A stretch of 64,000 bases of DNA from the NCBI GenBank assembly GCA_030748415.1, contig JASMMA010000003.1, positions 81,988 to 145,987 of the forward strand. Direction: 5' to 3'. Made by a program: the position numbers and the translations under genes. How positions within the stretch are numbered: position 1 is the first letter of the stretch; each line of letters begins with the position of its first letter. The notes beneath the pieces were generated by a model that was not told the origin of the DNA, made no database searches, and worked only from the letters and a program-made list of their open reading frames with translations. Positions 34,656-44,768 of the stretch are shown here, in pieces. This DNA comes from Planctomycetota bacterium. GTDB lineage: Bacteria; Planctomycetota; UBA1135.

Positions 34656-36755
34656 ATGTTTGTTTCACAAAAATCAATTTTCGCGGGCTTGCGGGTTGCG
34701 CTCTTCGGCGCTCTCCTCGCCTTCACCCCTGGCTGTCTAGGGGGTAGTAGTTCTACTCAACTAGAGGCATCTTTCGATCACGACGCAGTCGTTTTGAAGG
34801 ACTACCTCGGGAATGAACTATTGCTCGGAACGACTGAGCCTTACAGTCCTCGTAAAACTTGTGGGGATTGCCACGATTTCGAGCATGCAGAGCTCGGATA
34901 TCACTTTCAGCAAGGTCGAGCTGATGAAACCGGCGATGTGGTCGCAATAGATGATTTCTTTGGCGATGGCAGAGACTACATCGTTTCCTCAGGAATGTAT
35001 GGGAAGTGGTGACCTCCTTCCTCCGACGCCAGCCAGTTGGCCGGCAAAGACAACGCAAGCGCTTCTGAGATTGACAAGACTTCTTACTTTTGGGCCGGAA
35101 AATGCGGCGCGTGTCACCCTGGCGGTGGCCCGGGCGAATTCGACCGAGATGGACAGAAGTATTACGACCTGGAAACAGGCCTTTATGGCTACGAAAACTT
35201 AGGACTGACCGCTGGTGATGTTGAGTTTGATGGTGATTACAGTTTTGTAAGCCCATCTACCGGCTCACACATGGCAGCCAAGTGGGCGACAACCGGTGTT
35301 TCCGAGCCGGATTGCCTTTCTTGCCACAAAACTACCTGGACGGTCACTGATGGGAAAATCATGAACGGGGTTTGGCGTCAGGCCACCCTTCGCTCCATGC
35401 ACACCCTAGTTAATGACCTCGGGGAAACTGTTCCCGCCTACTACTCTGCGCCTACTGCAGGAATGGGATGGTTCTCCACCCTAGACTTCAAGAGCCTGCC
35501 GGCCGGCAAGCCCACTGAGGCAGAGGTTCTTCAAATTGACTACCAAGCTGGCATTGATGCTGGGCACTTGGAAGTGAATGCTGATGGATACCTTTCCTTA
35601 TTTGGGGATGTCATTTCCGACTCGCCTAATGATTTCGCTTGCTGGCAATGTCACACTTTTGCAGATAGTAAAAAACGGGGACGCTCTTGGTTTAATGCAG
35701 ATCAAGATGTGCACTTCGCTGCATTTACTCACCGCGACGATGATGACCCCAGCAACGATTTGGAAGATGGCGATAGCCAAGGCTGCATTGAATGCCACCC
35801 AAACAATGGCGAGCATGATTTCGCCAAGGGTAACGCGAACTTGCAGTCGGTTCGAAACCACACGGACTACAACAACTTCAGGTCATGTCGTGAATGCCAC
35901 ATGGAAGGCGGTAACAAGCACCCCGATGCAACCGTTCCTACCTCACCCATTCACACCGACGACGGACACCTTGATGTAATGTCCTGTGAGTTCTGCCACA
36001 TTCCTTACAAAGAAACGAAGAGCATGTTGGTTGTTGACAATGCCTCTACTGGTTCAACAAAATCATTCTGGACCAATGACGCGGCGCATGGATTTTCTTC
36101 TGGAAACCCAATGAATCCTGCTGACCCTATCAAGGACAAGTGGTATCCATCCGTTAAGTGGAAAACAGACTACGACGGTGTTGACCGCATTTTCCCAATG
36201 AAGGCGCTTTCTGTCATGTATTGGGGAGATTGGGACCAAAATGGAACTCCATCGGACTACACAGATGATGTCATCACACCTCTTATCTTGTGGCGTGTCC
36301 GACAAATAACAGGTGGGGCTGTTCTCCCAGGAACCTTGGACGATTCTGGCGATGGTGTTGCCGAAGTAAACACTGCTTCTGAAATTGCGGCTTACCTCGC
36401 TGCACTCAAGGGCAATGACAACTTTGGAAATCCTGTTGCTGTGACTCCTGTCCTTGTGAAGGGTGGCAACATTTGGTACGAAGACCTCGCAGAACCTGAA
36501 GGCGTGAATCATTTTGAGTATCATGGAACAGGGATTGCGATTGAATCTCTTATCCCATTCTCACTGGACCACAATGTGCTTCCTGCTTCCCGCGCCTTGG
36601 GCGCAAACGGCTCTTGCGGCACCTGCCACAGGGGCTTGAATGGTGGCCTCATGGCACCTGGTTTTGATCGGCTGATTTTGGAAGATCCCTACAACGAGCT
36701 GGGTTCGCCGGTATTTACAACACCGCGCGATTTGCTCGGAATCAATCCTTTCTAA
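34656..36755 (+). CDS. Octahaem c-type cytochrome lipoprotein; single reading frame interrupted by one TGA (35010..35012)
   Basis: ATG 34656, preceded by GGAGGG, opens MFVSQKSIFAGLRVALFGALLAFTPGC (lipobox). There are eight CxxCH motifs: CGDCH, CGACH, CLSCH, CWQCH, CIECH, CRECH, CEFCH and CGTCH. Track ORFs 34605..35012 and 35037..36755 share a frame and are separated only by the TGA. Confidence 0.55.
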
Positions 36756-36773
36756 TCGGCTTTCATGGTTGGA

Positions 36774-36812
36774 GCGCCATCCGTCCCTCAGGGCGGGTGG
36801 CGCAATTTTTTT
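36774..36812 (+). terminator. Rho-independent terminator after the cytochrome gene
   Basis: GCGCCATCCGTCCC-TCA-GGGCGGGTGGCGC forms a 13-bp stem including G-U pairs. AATTTTTTT follows and overlaps the glgP stop codon. Confidence 0.65.
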
Positions 36813-38895
36813 ACTTGTTCAAATGAGCGGGCAAGTAGTATCTGTGCAGGTAATCGGACAGCATGCGGTCCGCGCGGAATTGACTGGGCACTGTTTGAAT
36901 TGAGTTGCGCATCCGGCGAACCCATCCATGGGGTATTCCATCTCGACCAGTTTTATGAAAAAGAGGAATCACCTCATTCTCAAGTAGTTCGTAAAGCGAT
37001 TCGGCATCCGAAGTGTCTTGTCGAGCTCTTGATTTAAATTCAATTCCATTCCCAATTGCCCACCCATTCTTTTTGTTCCAGGCTTCCGGCCACCAGCCGT
37101 CCAATATTGACAGATTGAGGCCGCCGTGGAGCGTGGGTTTCATTCCCGAAGTGCCGCTAGCCTCATGGGGGCGAAGGGGAGTGTTCAGCCACACATCACA
37201 ACCGCTCGTTAACATCCGACCAATTCGCATGTCGTAGTCCTCCAGAAGAACGACGCGACCGCGGAGGGCCATTCGTTGAGTCATTTTAAATATTTTCTGG
37301 GCATAGGCTTGACCATCTTTGTCATCCGGGTGTGCCTTCCCAGCGAAAACGAATTGAACGGGGCAATTAACATCAGACATCATTCTTTCCAGACGTTTAA
37401 TGTCCTTAAAAAGAAGAGGGGCCCTTTTGTAGGTCGCAAAGCGGCGGGCAAACCCAATGGTGAGGGCATCCTCCTCTAAGACTTGTTGAGCTTTGGAGAT
37501 TTCCGATGCAGTTGCGCCTCGGCGAATCGCTTGGTCCGCGTTCATTTTCCGCACAAAATGGACAAGCTCCGAACGCAACGTTGTGCGAAGGTCCCAAAGG
37601 TCGCCATCGCTTAACTTGTCTGTTCGTTTCCACAAGTTTTCATCTGGGGAATCTTTGGACCAATCCACACGGAGCTTCTTCCGATAGAATTCTTCCGTTG
37701 TGGATGAGAGCCAGGTTCGCATATGGACGCCGTTTGTCACATGACCAATGGGGACCTCTTCCGGTGATGGTGCGTCGTACACCTTTTGCCACATCTCACG
37801 AGACACTACACCGTGGAGAGCAGAAACTCCATTGACTTGGTTGGCTGTATTTAGCGCCAATACAGTCATGCACAAAACAGGCTCCTTTTTCGTGGGCTCC
37901 TGCGGGTTTTCATCTCCAAGAGCTGCCAGCCTTTTCGCGTTCAATTCCGCTCCACGCAAAACAGGGCGCAACCATTTGCTTGCAAGCTTAACGGGATAGC
38001 GGTCGTGGCCCGCAGGAACAGGGGTGTGGGTTGTAAACACCGTGCTCTTTTTGATTTTTGAAAGACATTCGTTCCGTCGCATGCGCTCAAGCTGAACGAA
38101 GGCCGCGTGCCCTTCGTTTAAGTGAAAAACTGTTGGTTTTTCACCGAGAGCATCCAGTGCCATCAAACCGCCTACACCTAAAAGGATTTGTTGTCGAAGA
38201 CGGTCCTCGGGAGAACCGCGATACAAACCAGCAGTTAGCGCACGATCCTCAGGGCGGTTCTTTTCGAGGTCGGCATCGAGTAAATAAAGAGGGACACGGC
38301 CAACCTGAAGCTGCCAAACTTTTGCCCAAACCGTGCGGGTTCCCATTGGACAAGCAATCTCCTTGCCTGTGTCTTGAAGTGGCCAAACATTCCAACAAAA
38401 CTCCGGGTAAAGAGCGCGAGTGGCGCCATCGGACTGAAACTCTTGTCGGTAGTATCCGTGCCGATAAAGAAGGCCAACGCCGAGTAATGGGATGCCGAGG
38501 TCGCTTGCAGTTTTTAGATGGTCGCCGGCCAAAACGCCGAGGCCACCCGCGTATTGAGGCATGCTTTCGTGAAGTGCGAACTCCGAGCAAAAATATGCCA
38601 CACGCAAACGCCGCTCTTTAGCTGTAGATGATTTTGAAAACCATGTTTTTGCTTTGGCGTACTCGCGAAGATTTTTTTCAACATTAGAAAGCCGAGACAG
38701 GAAGCTCTTGTCTGTTGAAAGGGCTTCCATTCGAGCTGGCGAGCCAACTTCCAGAACAATGGCCGGGTTGTGATTGCTGGCCTCCCAAAGCACCGGGTCA
38801 ATCTCGGCATACAGGGCTTGAGCGGAGTGGTTCCATGTCCACCAAAGATTTTGATGGATGGATTTGAGGCGTTCCTTCAGTTTTTCTGGGTTCAT
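36811..38895 (-). CDS. glgP: Alpha-glucan (glycogen/maltodextrin) phosphorylase, GT35
   Basis: Typical alpha-glucan phosphorylase signatures are AYFCSEFALHESMPQYAGGLGVLAGDH and the PLP-lysine region EASGTSGMKPTLHGGLNLSILDGWW. Confidence 0.9.
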   Translation of the reverse strand: MNPEKLKERLKSIHQNLWWTWNHSAQALYAEIDPVLWEASNHNPAIVLEVGSPARMEALSTDKSFLSRLSNVEKNLREYAKAKTWFSKSSTAKERRLRVAYFCSEFALHESMPQYAGGLGVLAGDHLKTASDLGIPLLGVGLLYRHGYYRQEFQSDGATRALYPEFCWNVWPLQDTGKEIACPMGTRTVWAKVWQLQVGRVPLYLLDADLEKNRPEDRALTAGLYRGSPEDRLRQQILLGVGGLMALDALGEKPTVFHLNEGHAAFVQLERMRRNECLSKIKKSTVFTTHTPVPAGHDRYPVKLASKWLRPVLRGAELNAKRLAALGDENPQEPTKKEPVLCMTVLALNTANQVNGVSALHGVVSREMWQKVYDAPSPEEVPIGHVTNGVHMRTWLSSTTEEFYRKKLRVDWSKDSPDENLWKRTDKLSDGDLWDLRTTLRSELVHFVRKMNADQAIRRGATASEISKAQQVLEEDALTIGFARRFATYKRAPLLFKDIKRLERMMSDVNCPVQFVFAGKAHPDDKDGQAYAQKIFKMTQRMALRGRVVLLEDYDMRIGRMLTSGCDVWLNTPLRPHEASGTSGMKPTLHGGLNLSILDGWWPEAWNKKNGWAIGNGIEFKSRARQDTSDAESLYELLENEVIPLFHKTGRDGIPHGWVRRMRNSIQTVPSQFRADRMLSDYLHRYYLPAHLNK

Positions 38896-38907
38896 TTTTG
38901 TCTCGCC

Positions 38908-39984
38908 CTATGCGCGGGCGGTCTCTTCGGAAAGGCTACGAAGTCGAGCAGCAAGTTCTTCTTGGTGGATTCCGGTAAGGAAATTCGAATCTAGTTTCCA
39001 ATTCCAGTTTCCAGTTGTCGTTCCTGGAACATTCATTCGAGCTTCTGTTCCTAACTCCAAATAGTCTTGCATGGGAGCAATTGCCAAAAAGGATTTGCTT
39101 GAGAATACACGATGCAAAAACTGCCAGCAGTTTTCGGATGCCTTTGTTTTCTCTAGCCAAGAAGCAAGAGTGTCGTTGTCGTGTGTTCCGGAATAGGAAA
39201 CCGTGTACTCTTTGTGCGGTTTTCCACCATTTTGAAAAATGTGCATCCCAGGAAGCGCAAAATCATCCCTGAGGTTTTCTATCTCAGGAGTTATGTGGCC
39301 CAAATCCTCAGCAATTAGTGGAAGTGGGCTTCCAAGTTTTGCAATAACCGCTTCTAATAACTTACGGCCGGGAGCCAGTCCCCACTCGCCCGCTTTGGCT
39401 GTTTCTGAACCTGCAGGAATCTCCCAAGCATGGTGAAAACCAATAAAGTGATCCACTCGAATTGCGTCAAAAAGTTCCAAGTGAAATTCAAACCGCCGCA
39501 CCCACCAATCAAAGTCTTCGGCTTGGTGTGCCGACCATTTGTAGTGAGGGTGGTCCCAGCGCTGGCCAGTTGGGCTGAAGTTGTCCGGTGGAACACCCGT
39601 AATCACTTCAGGGGTTCCATCGGAGTTCAGCCGAAAAAGGTCTGGCCGTTCTTGAACATCCTCCGATTCCATCGGAACAAAAATTGGGAGGTCGCCAAGT
39701 AAACGAACGCCCCGCTCTGCGCAATGCGTATGCAAACTATCCCACTCGCCGTCCAAATAGTTTCCCAAACGGAAGGATGAGAGCGAGGAGTAAGGCGAAT
39801 GGTTCGGTTTTGGTAATGGTCCCACCGGCAGCATTTGCCACCATCGAAGACCTGCACTTGCCACCCAATCTGCAAACCGTTTTGCGGTATCAAGGCCTCG
39901 CCCGCCATCTGGAAGGGAACTCAAATGCAATAGCACCCCAGCGGAACGCTCGTTGAAAAAAGGGTGCACTTGTGGTGGGCTCAC
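38908..39984 (-). CDS. malQ: 4-alpha-glucanotransferase (GH77), compact form
   Basis: GH77 motifs are present: SAGVLLHLSSLP, WQMLPVGP, SPYSSLS, LLGDLPIFV, IRVDHFIGF, IAEDLG and GTHDNDT. At 358 aa it is about 140 aa shorter than typical MalQ. Confidence 0.8.
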   Translation of the reverse strand: MSPPQVHPFFNERSAGVLLHLSSLPDGGRGLDTAKRFADWVASAGLRWWQMLPVGPLPKPNHSPYSSLSSFRLGNYLDGEWDSLHTHCAERGVRLLGDLPIFVPMESEDVQERPDLFRLNSDGTPEVITGVPPDNFSPTGQRWDHPHYKWSAHQAEDFDWWVRRFEFHLELFDAIRVDHFIGFHHAWEIPAGSETAKAGEWGLAPGRKLLEAVIAKLGSPLPLIAEDLGHITPEIENLRDDFALPGMHIFQNGGKPHKEYTVSYSGTHDNDTLASWLEKTKASENCWQFLHRVFSSKSFLAIAPMQDYLELGTEARMNVPGTTTGNWNWKLDSNFLTGIHQEELAARLRSLSEETARA

Positions 39985-42350
39985 TTACTACGCACCCAAA
40001 CACTTCCGCCGATGGCGGGAACTTGTTCTTCTTCGCCAAGGATGCACTTCCAGGATTTTCCAACAGAGCTCCCCCTTAAATCCACATTTGGATTCCACTT
40101 AGCAGCTTTCGGGCCTGCATTGAGGGCAACAATAATGGATTCACTTTGGTCTATTCGCGAGAAAACAAACAGATCGCGTTCATCATCGGTTAACAAAACC
40201 TCAAGCGACCCTCTTCTTAATGCGGAGTGGTCTGAACGGATGTGAATGATTTTTCGATACCACTCCAGTTGATTCTCGTCCACGAAGTACTGGCTCTTGT
40301 CATCGAAGGGTTCCAAATCCTTCCATAACATGGGGCGGCGACACATGGGGTCATCTGCGCCCCACACGCCTACTTCATCACCGGCCCAAATCATGGGCGC
40401 GCCCATCCAGGTCATCTGAAAAAGTGCCCCAAGCCTTGCGCGGCGATAGGCCTCTTCAGATGGTCGAGAGTCGTCATAATTTGGACCCGAATCTTGCAAG
40501 CGGTTTTGTTGATCGTAATCTCGGTCGGGATTCTGCATCATGGAAGCCAAACGGTCTGTGTCGTGACTATCCAAAAGGTTTTGCATCGAAAAGGTGGTTT
40601 CGGCGGAGTAAGCCAATCGCAATTCAGCAAGCTGATTCGATAATTCGGAAGTAGAAGGACGCCTTTCTTTGTGGCCAATCCAAGCAACGACCGACTGGGC
40701 AAATGGATAATTCATCACTGCATCAAAGCGGCCCGGCTTCACCCATTCTTCAGCACGATGCCAAATCTCACCAGAGATATAGGCGTCAGGGTTGATTGTG
40801 TGAACAAGGCGACACCACTCATCCCAAAAAGCCATGGGGACTTCATTGGGCACATCGAGCCGCCAGCCATCAATGCCATCTGAAGGGTCGCCATCGCCAT
40901 CTGGGTCCATCCAACGGGCGGTCATAGCAAAAATATGTTTGCGTAGGCTCTCTGAAGCAAGGCCGTATTCTTCATTTTTGGCGAAGACGGGCAATTCGCC
41001 GAATCCAGCCCAGCCCTCATATTCGAAGGGCTCCCAGGAGCGAATCGAAAACCAATCTGCAAACCGAGAGTCCTTACCATTCTCTTGAACATCACGAAAG
41101 GCTGGATGAGCCACGCCAACATGGTTTAAAACGCCGTCAATAATGACTCTGAAGCCCATGGACTTTGCCTTTTTCAGAAAACGGAGAAAGCGACGGTCGC
41201 TTTCGGTCCAAGTCCAGGTAGTTGGGTCTAGAAGATCCTCCTTTAGCTCGGCCTCGGCATAACCGCCCCCACCCAAACGGTCGTCAATGTGAAGATAATT
41301 CGTAGCGTTGTATTTGTGGTGACTGGTAGCTTCGAAAACAGGGTTGAGGTAAAGCGCGTTCACTCCAAGGTCTGCCAAGTAGGGTAGTTTTTCTTCAAGG
41401 CCAGCGAGGTCACCGCCGTACTGCCGTTGGAAAACCGAATACTCCCAATAACTCGTGTCGCCTTTTTCTTCCCAGGCCTCGGGTATTTCATATGGAGCTG
41501 TCCAACGGTTTACTGGGCTTGGATTCCAATCAGCGTTCCCATTTCGAAACCGGTCTGGCATGATTTGATACCAAATGGCATCCTTTGTCCAGGCGGGGGT
41601 GCGGGTTTGTGCAACGGATTGTGGGTCCAGATTAAAAACTTCGGGGTGGCTCACAATTGTGTCTCCATCTTCTAGAAGAAAAGTGTATTCCCCTTCGATT
41701 CGAGAACCGATGCGCGCCTCCCAAATTTGGAACCGTTCATCTTGGTGAATCTTGGAAAGGCGAACTCGGTTATTTCGGTGGCGTAAAGCTAGGGTTACCG
41801 ATTTCAAATCATGTGCCAAGCTTTGGTAGCGGATTAGGAAACTGCCGTCCGAAAGTCGTTGAAGAAAAAATGTGTTCGCAGGGTTGTGGTCTAAGCCACC
41901 GGCTCGAATATTCCCGTCCCCTACTTTTTCATGAGACTCCCGAAGCACCGCTGAAAGGCCAAGCCGTAGGATTGAGTTTCTCCCCCCGTGGCCATCGTCG
42001 GAGTGGTCCGAGTTTAATGGGTCATGCTTCCATTCTTCGCCGTTCACTACAAACTTGTAGTGGTGAAGCCCAGGTGGCAACTCTAGGACAACTCGCCATG
42101 AAAGGCCCAATGTTCGCTCCATGGGGAGGGCGTCTTTCGACCAAGCATTAAAGCTCCCAACAAGAAAAACACTCTCAACTGGCCGACCAGGGTCAAATGA
42201 GAACTCGCACCTCCACCGGTTTTCCGGAAGTGCGTCCGCTTGAATCGAGCCCGGAACCGCTAGAGCAACCTCCGAATCTGCCCCCCTATCTTGAAGGGGT
42301 TCAAATGGCGGCCACTGTGTAAAAAGAAGGAGAGCGGAGATTGCAAACAT
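39981..42350 (-). CDS. GH13 alpha-amylase family enzyme (neopullulanase/cyclomaltodextrinase-like) with N-terminal CBM48
   Basis: The CBM48 module is VFLVGSFNAWSKD..LELPPGLHHYKFVVNGEEWKHDP. GH13 regions are GVNALYLNPVFE, VIIDGVLNHVG, GWRLDVPNEV, SGEIWH and LLDSHDTDR. Confidence 0.85.
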   Translation of the reverse strand: MFAISALLLFTQWPPFEPLQDRGADSEVALAVPGSIQADALPENRWRCEFSFDPGRPVESVFLVGSFNAWSKDALPMERTLGLSWRVVLELPPGLHHYKFVVNGEEWKHDPLNSDHSDDGHGGRNSILRLGLSAVLRESHEKVGDGNIRAGGLDHNPANTFFLQRLSDGSFLIRYQSLAHDLKSVTLALRHRNNRVRLSKIHQDERFQIWEARIGSRIEGEYTFLLEDGDTIVSHPEVFNLDPQSVAQTRTPAWTKDAIWYQIMPDRFRNGNADWNPSPVNRWTAPYEIPEAWEEKGDTSYWEYSVFQRQYGGDLAGLEEKLPYLADLGVNALYLNPVFEATSHHKYNATNYLHIDDRLGGGGYAEAELKEDLLDPTTWTWTESDRRFLRFLKKAKSMGFRVIIDGVLNHVGVAHPAFRDVQENGKDSRFADWFSIRSWEPFEYEGWAGFGELPVFAKNEEYGLASESLRKHIFAMTARWMDPDGDGDPSDGIDGWRLDVPNEVPMAFWDEWCRLVHTINPDAYISGEIWHRAEEWVKPGRFDAVMNYPFAQSVVAWIGHKERRPSTSELSNQLAELRLAYSAETTFSMQNLLDSHDTDRLASMMQNPDRDYDQQNRLQDSGPNYDDSRPSEEAYRRARLGALFQMTWMGAPMIWAGDEVGVWGADDPMCRRPMLWKDLEPFDDKSQYFVDENQLEWYRKIIHIRSDHSALRRGSLEVLLTDDERDLFVFSRIDQSESIIVALNAGPKAAKWNPNVDLRGSSVGKSWKCILGEEEQVPAIGGSVWVRSK

Positions 42351-42389
42351 AGGCTACGGTGGGGTTTTGTATTTTATCCCCATCTTTCA

Positions 42390-44768
42390 ATGAGCAACCC
42401 CTACCGCGCCCTTCGATTCGCGCTTGGTCTTTTGGCCTGTGGGGTTGTTGCATGGTCCTTTGGCCGAGTGCTGAATCGTGCTCTCGAGTCACCCTCCTTG
42501 GATGGCCCCAAAACGGAGCTGGTCGTCATGCATTGGTCGGGCGAAGGAGGCCAAGAAGAAGATGCCATCGCTGAGGAGCTCCTTGCCGACTTTGAAGCCG
42601 AAAACCCTGATATCCAAGTTCGGCGAATCAATCCCGGAGACGCAGGTTCCTTCTATACCAAGCTCCAAACCATGGCGGCGGGCGGAACCCCTCCAGATGT
42701 CTTTTATGTGGGCTCCGAGCGCCTGCCCGCCTTCGCTTCGATGGGCCTCATTGCCCCTGTCAACGAATCCGCCATCGACTTGTCCGACTTTTATCCGGCC
42801 ACCTTGGACGCTTTTCGGTTCGACGGTACTGCAAGCGGTCAAGGCACGCTCTACGGCATTCCCAAAGATTTCACGACCATGGGCTTCTATGCAAACAGGA
42901 GCCTCTTCGAACAAGCGGGCTTGCCTTGGCCTAAAGATGATTGGACCTGGAATGAGTTTATTCAAACAGCTTCAGCTCTCGGAGGGTTAGAGGGAATCAC
43001 CGGGGCGGAATTTGTCACTTGGCCCATGATGGTCAGGCTCTACCTTCGAACTTGGGGACTCGATTTGGTCTCCCCCGATTTCAAGACCCTTCGTTTAAAA
43101 GACCCTGCGGTTGTAGAAGCCCTCTCGCGCCTCCGTAATTGGCGGCACGATCGCACGAACTTTCCCAACGCGCTAACGAGCGGCAAATCAAAAGTTGCCA
43201 CCGGTGCTTCGGTATTCCTGACAGGAAAGGTTGGAATGGCGGGCCCATTTGGGCGGTGGGTTGTGCCTTCCTATCGAAAAATCCCCAGCCCTGAGAGTGG
43301 CGGTTTTGATTGGGATTTCCTTCCCCTTCCGAGAGCTGAAGGCCATCCCCCAAGGAATGCTATTGCGACCGTTGCCTGGTGCGTTTCTTCCAAAACCAAG
43401 CATCCGGCCTCAGCCCAGGCATTAGTTGAGCATCTTTGTGGTCCAAAGGGCCAAAGTTTGGCGGCTCCATTGGGCCTCGCAGTTCCCACTCGGAAATCCG
43501 TCGCAAACAGCCCCGCCTTTTTAGATTCCAAGACCCCTCCATTCCGCGATGATCTCTTCTTGAGCCAAGCGGAAAACGCAGCCGCAATTGCCTGGCCATC
43601 CGATTCCCGCTTCGAAGCCCAGTTGAATTGGCGGCTGAGTTCCGCCCTCCAAAGTGGCGATAGCACCCTCGAAGAGGCGTCTTCAGCATTTGAACAAGAT
43701 TGGGAGCTTGTCGCGAGCTCTCCCCTGGCTCGAACGGACTTCCCGGATATGCCCTGGGACAGAATCCGGGCCTGGGTCACGACTCTAATCGCTCTCCTTC
43801 TGGCAATCGGCGCCCTGCGCTGGTGGCGAGGGCGGCCTGGCAAACTGGAAGCTCAGGAGGAGCGATGGGGGCTGGCTCTTCTTTCGCCATGGGTGCTTGG
43901 ATTTCTACTTTTTATGGCCTTCCCTATTGGTTTATCTTTACTTCTCTCCTTCTCTAAGTGGAATGGAGTCAGCGAACTCGGCACCGCCAGTTATGTGGGC
44001 CTTGCCAACTATTCACAACTACTTAGTCACGATGGACGATTTCTTACCAGCCTGCGCGTTACGGCTTGGTATTCCCTCTTGGCGGTTCCCTTGGGTCAAC
44101 TTGCTGCGCTTGGAGCCGCCCTCTTGATGAACTCAAAGGTTCGTGGCATTGGGTTCTTCCGGGCCGCCTGGTATCTCCCAAGTGTTCTTGCTGGAGTTGG
44201 GATATCTGTTTTGTGGCGCTGGGTTTTCGATGGCGACCACGGCCTCATGAATTCCGGCCTGAACGCTGTTCTTCATTCTCCGCTCCTGTCTTGGGCGGGC
44301 CTAAGTGCACCCGAATGGTTCGGTGCCGATGCAGCCATTTGGGGACCGCCAGCATTTGTCATTATGAGCCTTTGGGCAGTTGGTGGTCCCATGATGATTT
44401 ACCTTGCTGGCCTCCAGGGCATTTCCCAAGATCTCTACGAAGCCGCCGAAATTGATGGGGCCGGTCGTTGGGCGCGCTTTCGACATGTCACCCTTCCTAT
44501 GCTTTCTCCCATTATCTTTTTTAACACCATCATGGCCGTGATTGGTTCGTTCCAGGTGTTCACCCAAGCATTTGTGATGACCGGTGGGGAACCCGGCGAC
44601 TTAACCCGTTTCTTTGTTCTTTATCTTTTCAATCAAGCCTTTGAGTTTTATGAAATGGGCTACGCCTCTTCGATGGCTTGGATTTTGCTGCTCGTCACCC
44701 TTGTACTCACTCTTATCTTGATGAAGGGCTCTAAGCGATTTGTTCACTACGAGGCTTTACAGGGATGA
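42390..44768 (+). CDS. Fusion protein: sugar-type ABC solute-binding protein plus ABC permease (MalF/UgpA-like)
   Basis: From ATG 42390 there is an N-terminal anchor, then about 450 aa of family-1 SBP (ELVVMHWSGEGG.., TPPDVFYVGSERLPAFASMGLIAPV). A TM follows, then a permease with the EAA-loop region YEAAEIDGAGRWARFRHVTLPMLSP. The frame is continuous. Confidence 0.8.
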   Translation: MSNPYRALRFALGLLACGVVAWSFGRVLNRALESPSLDGPKTELVVMHWSGEGGQEEDAIAEELLADFEAENPDIQVRRINPGDAGSFYTKLQTMAAGGTPPDVFYVGSERLPAFASMGLIAPVNESAIDLSDFYPATLDAFRFDGTASGQGTLYGIPKDFTTMGFYANRSLFEQAGLPWPKDDWTWNEFIQTASALGGLEGITGAEFVTWPMMVRLYLRTWGLDLVSPDFKTLRLKDPAVVEALSRLRNWRHDRTNFPNALTSGKSKVATGASVFLTGKVGMAGPFGRWVVPSYRKIPSPESGGFDWDFLPLPRAEGHPPRNAIATVAWCVSSKTKHPASAQALVEHLCGPKGQSLAAPLGLAVPTRKSVANSPAFLDSKTPPFRDDLFLSQAENAAAIAWPSDSRFEAQLNWRLSSALQSGDSTLEEASSAFEQDWELVASSPLARTDFPDMPWDRIRAWVTTLIALLLAIGALRWWRGRPGKLEAQEERWGLALLSPWVLGFLLFMAFPIGLSLLLSFSKWNGVSELGTASYVGLANYSQLLSHDGRFLTSLRVTAWYSLLAVPLGQLAALGAALLMNSKVRGIGFFRAAWYLPSVLAGVGISVLWRWVFDGDHGLMNSGLNAVLHSPLLSWAGLSAPEWFGADAAIWGPPAFVIMSLWAVGGPMMIYLAGLQGISQDLYEAAEIDGAGRWARFRHVTLPMLSPIIFFNTIMAVIGSFQVFTQAFVMTGGEPGDLTRFFVLYLFNQAFEFYEMGYASSMAWILLLVTLVLTLILMKGSKRFVHYEALQG

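Noticed and set aside
35010-35012. Alternative genetic code (UGA read as Trp or Gly) as the explanation for the in-frame TGAs
   Set aside because: TGA terminates several well-supported genes here, for example the HAD gene at 18470..18472, the SBP-permease at 44766..44768 and the sigma-like gene at 786..788. Global reassignment is therefore excluded.
42291-42389. N-terminal extensions given by the ORF track (also 54612..54860, 18411..18455, 32745..32801 and 17675..17752)
   Set aside because: The extensions overlap neighbouring genes or lack signal-peptide logic. Internal ATGs give clean signal peptides or domain starts.
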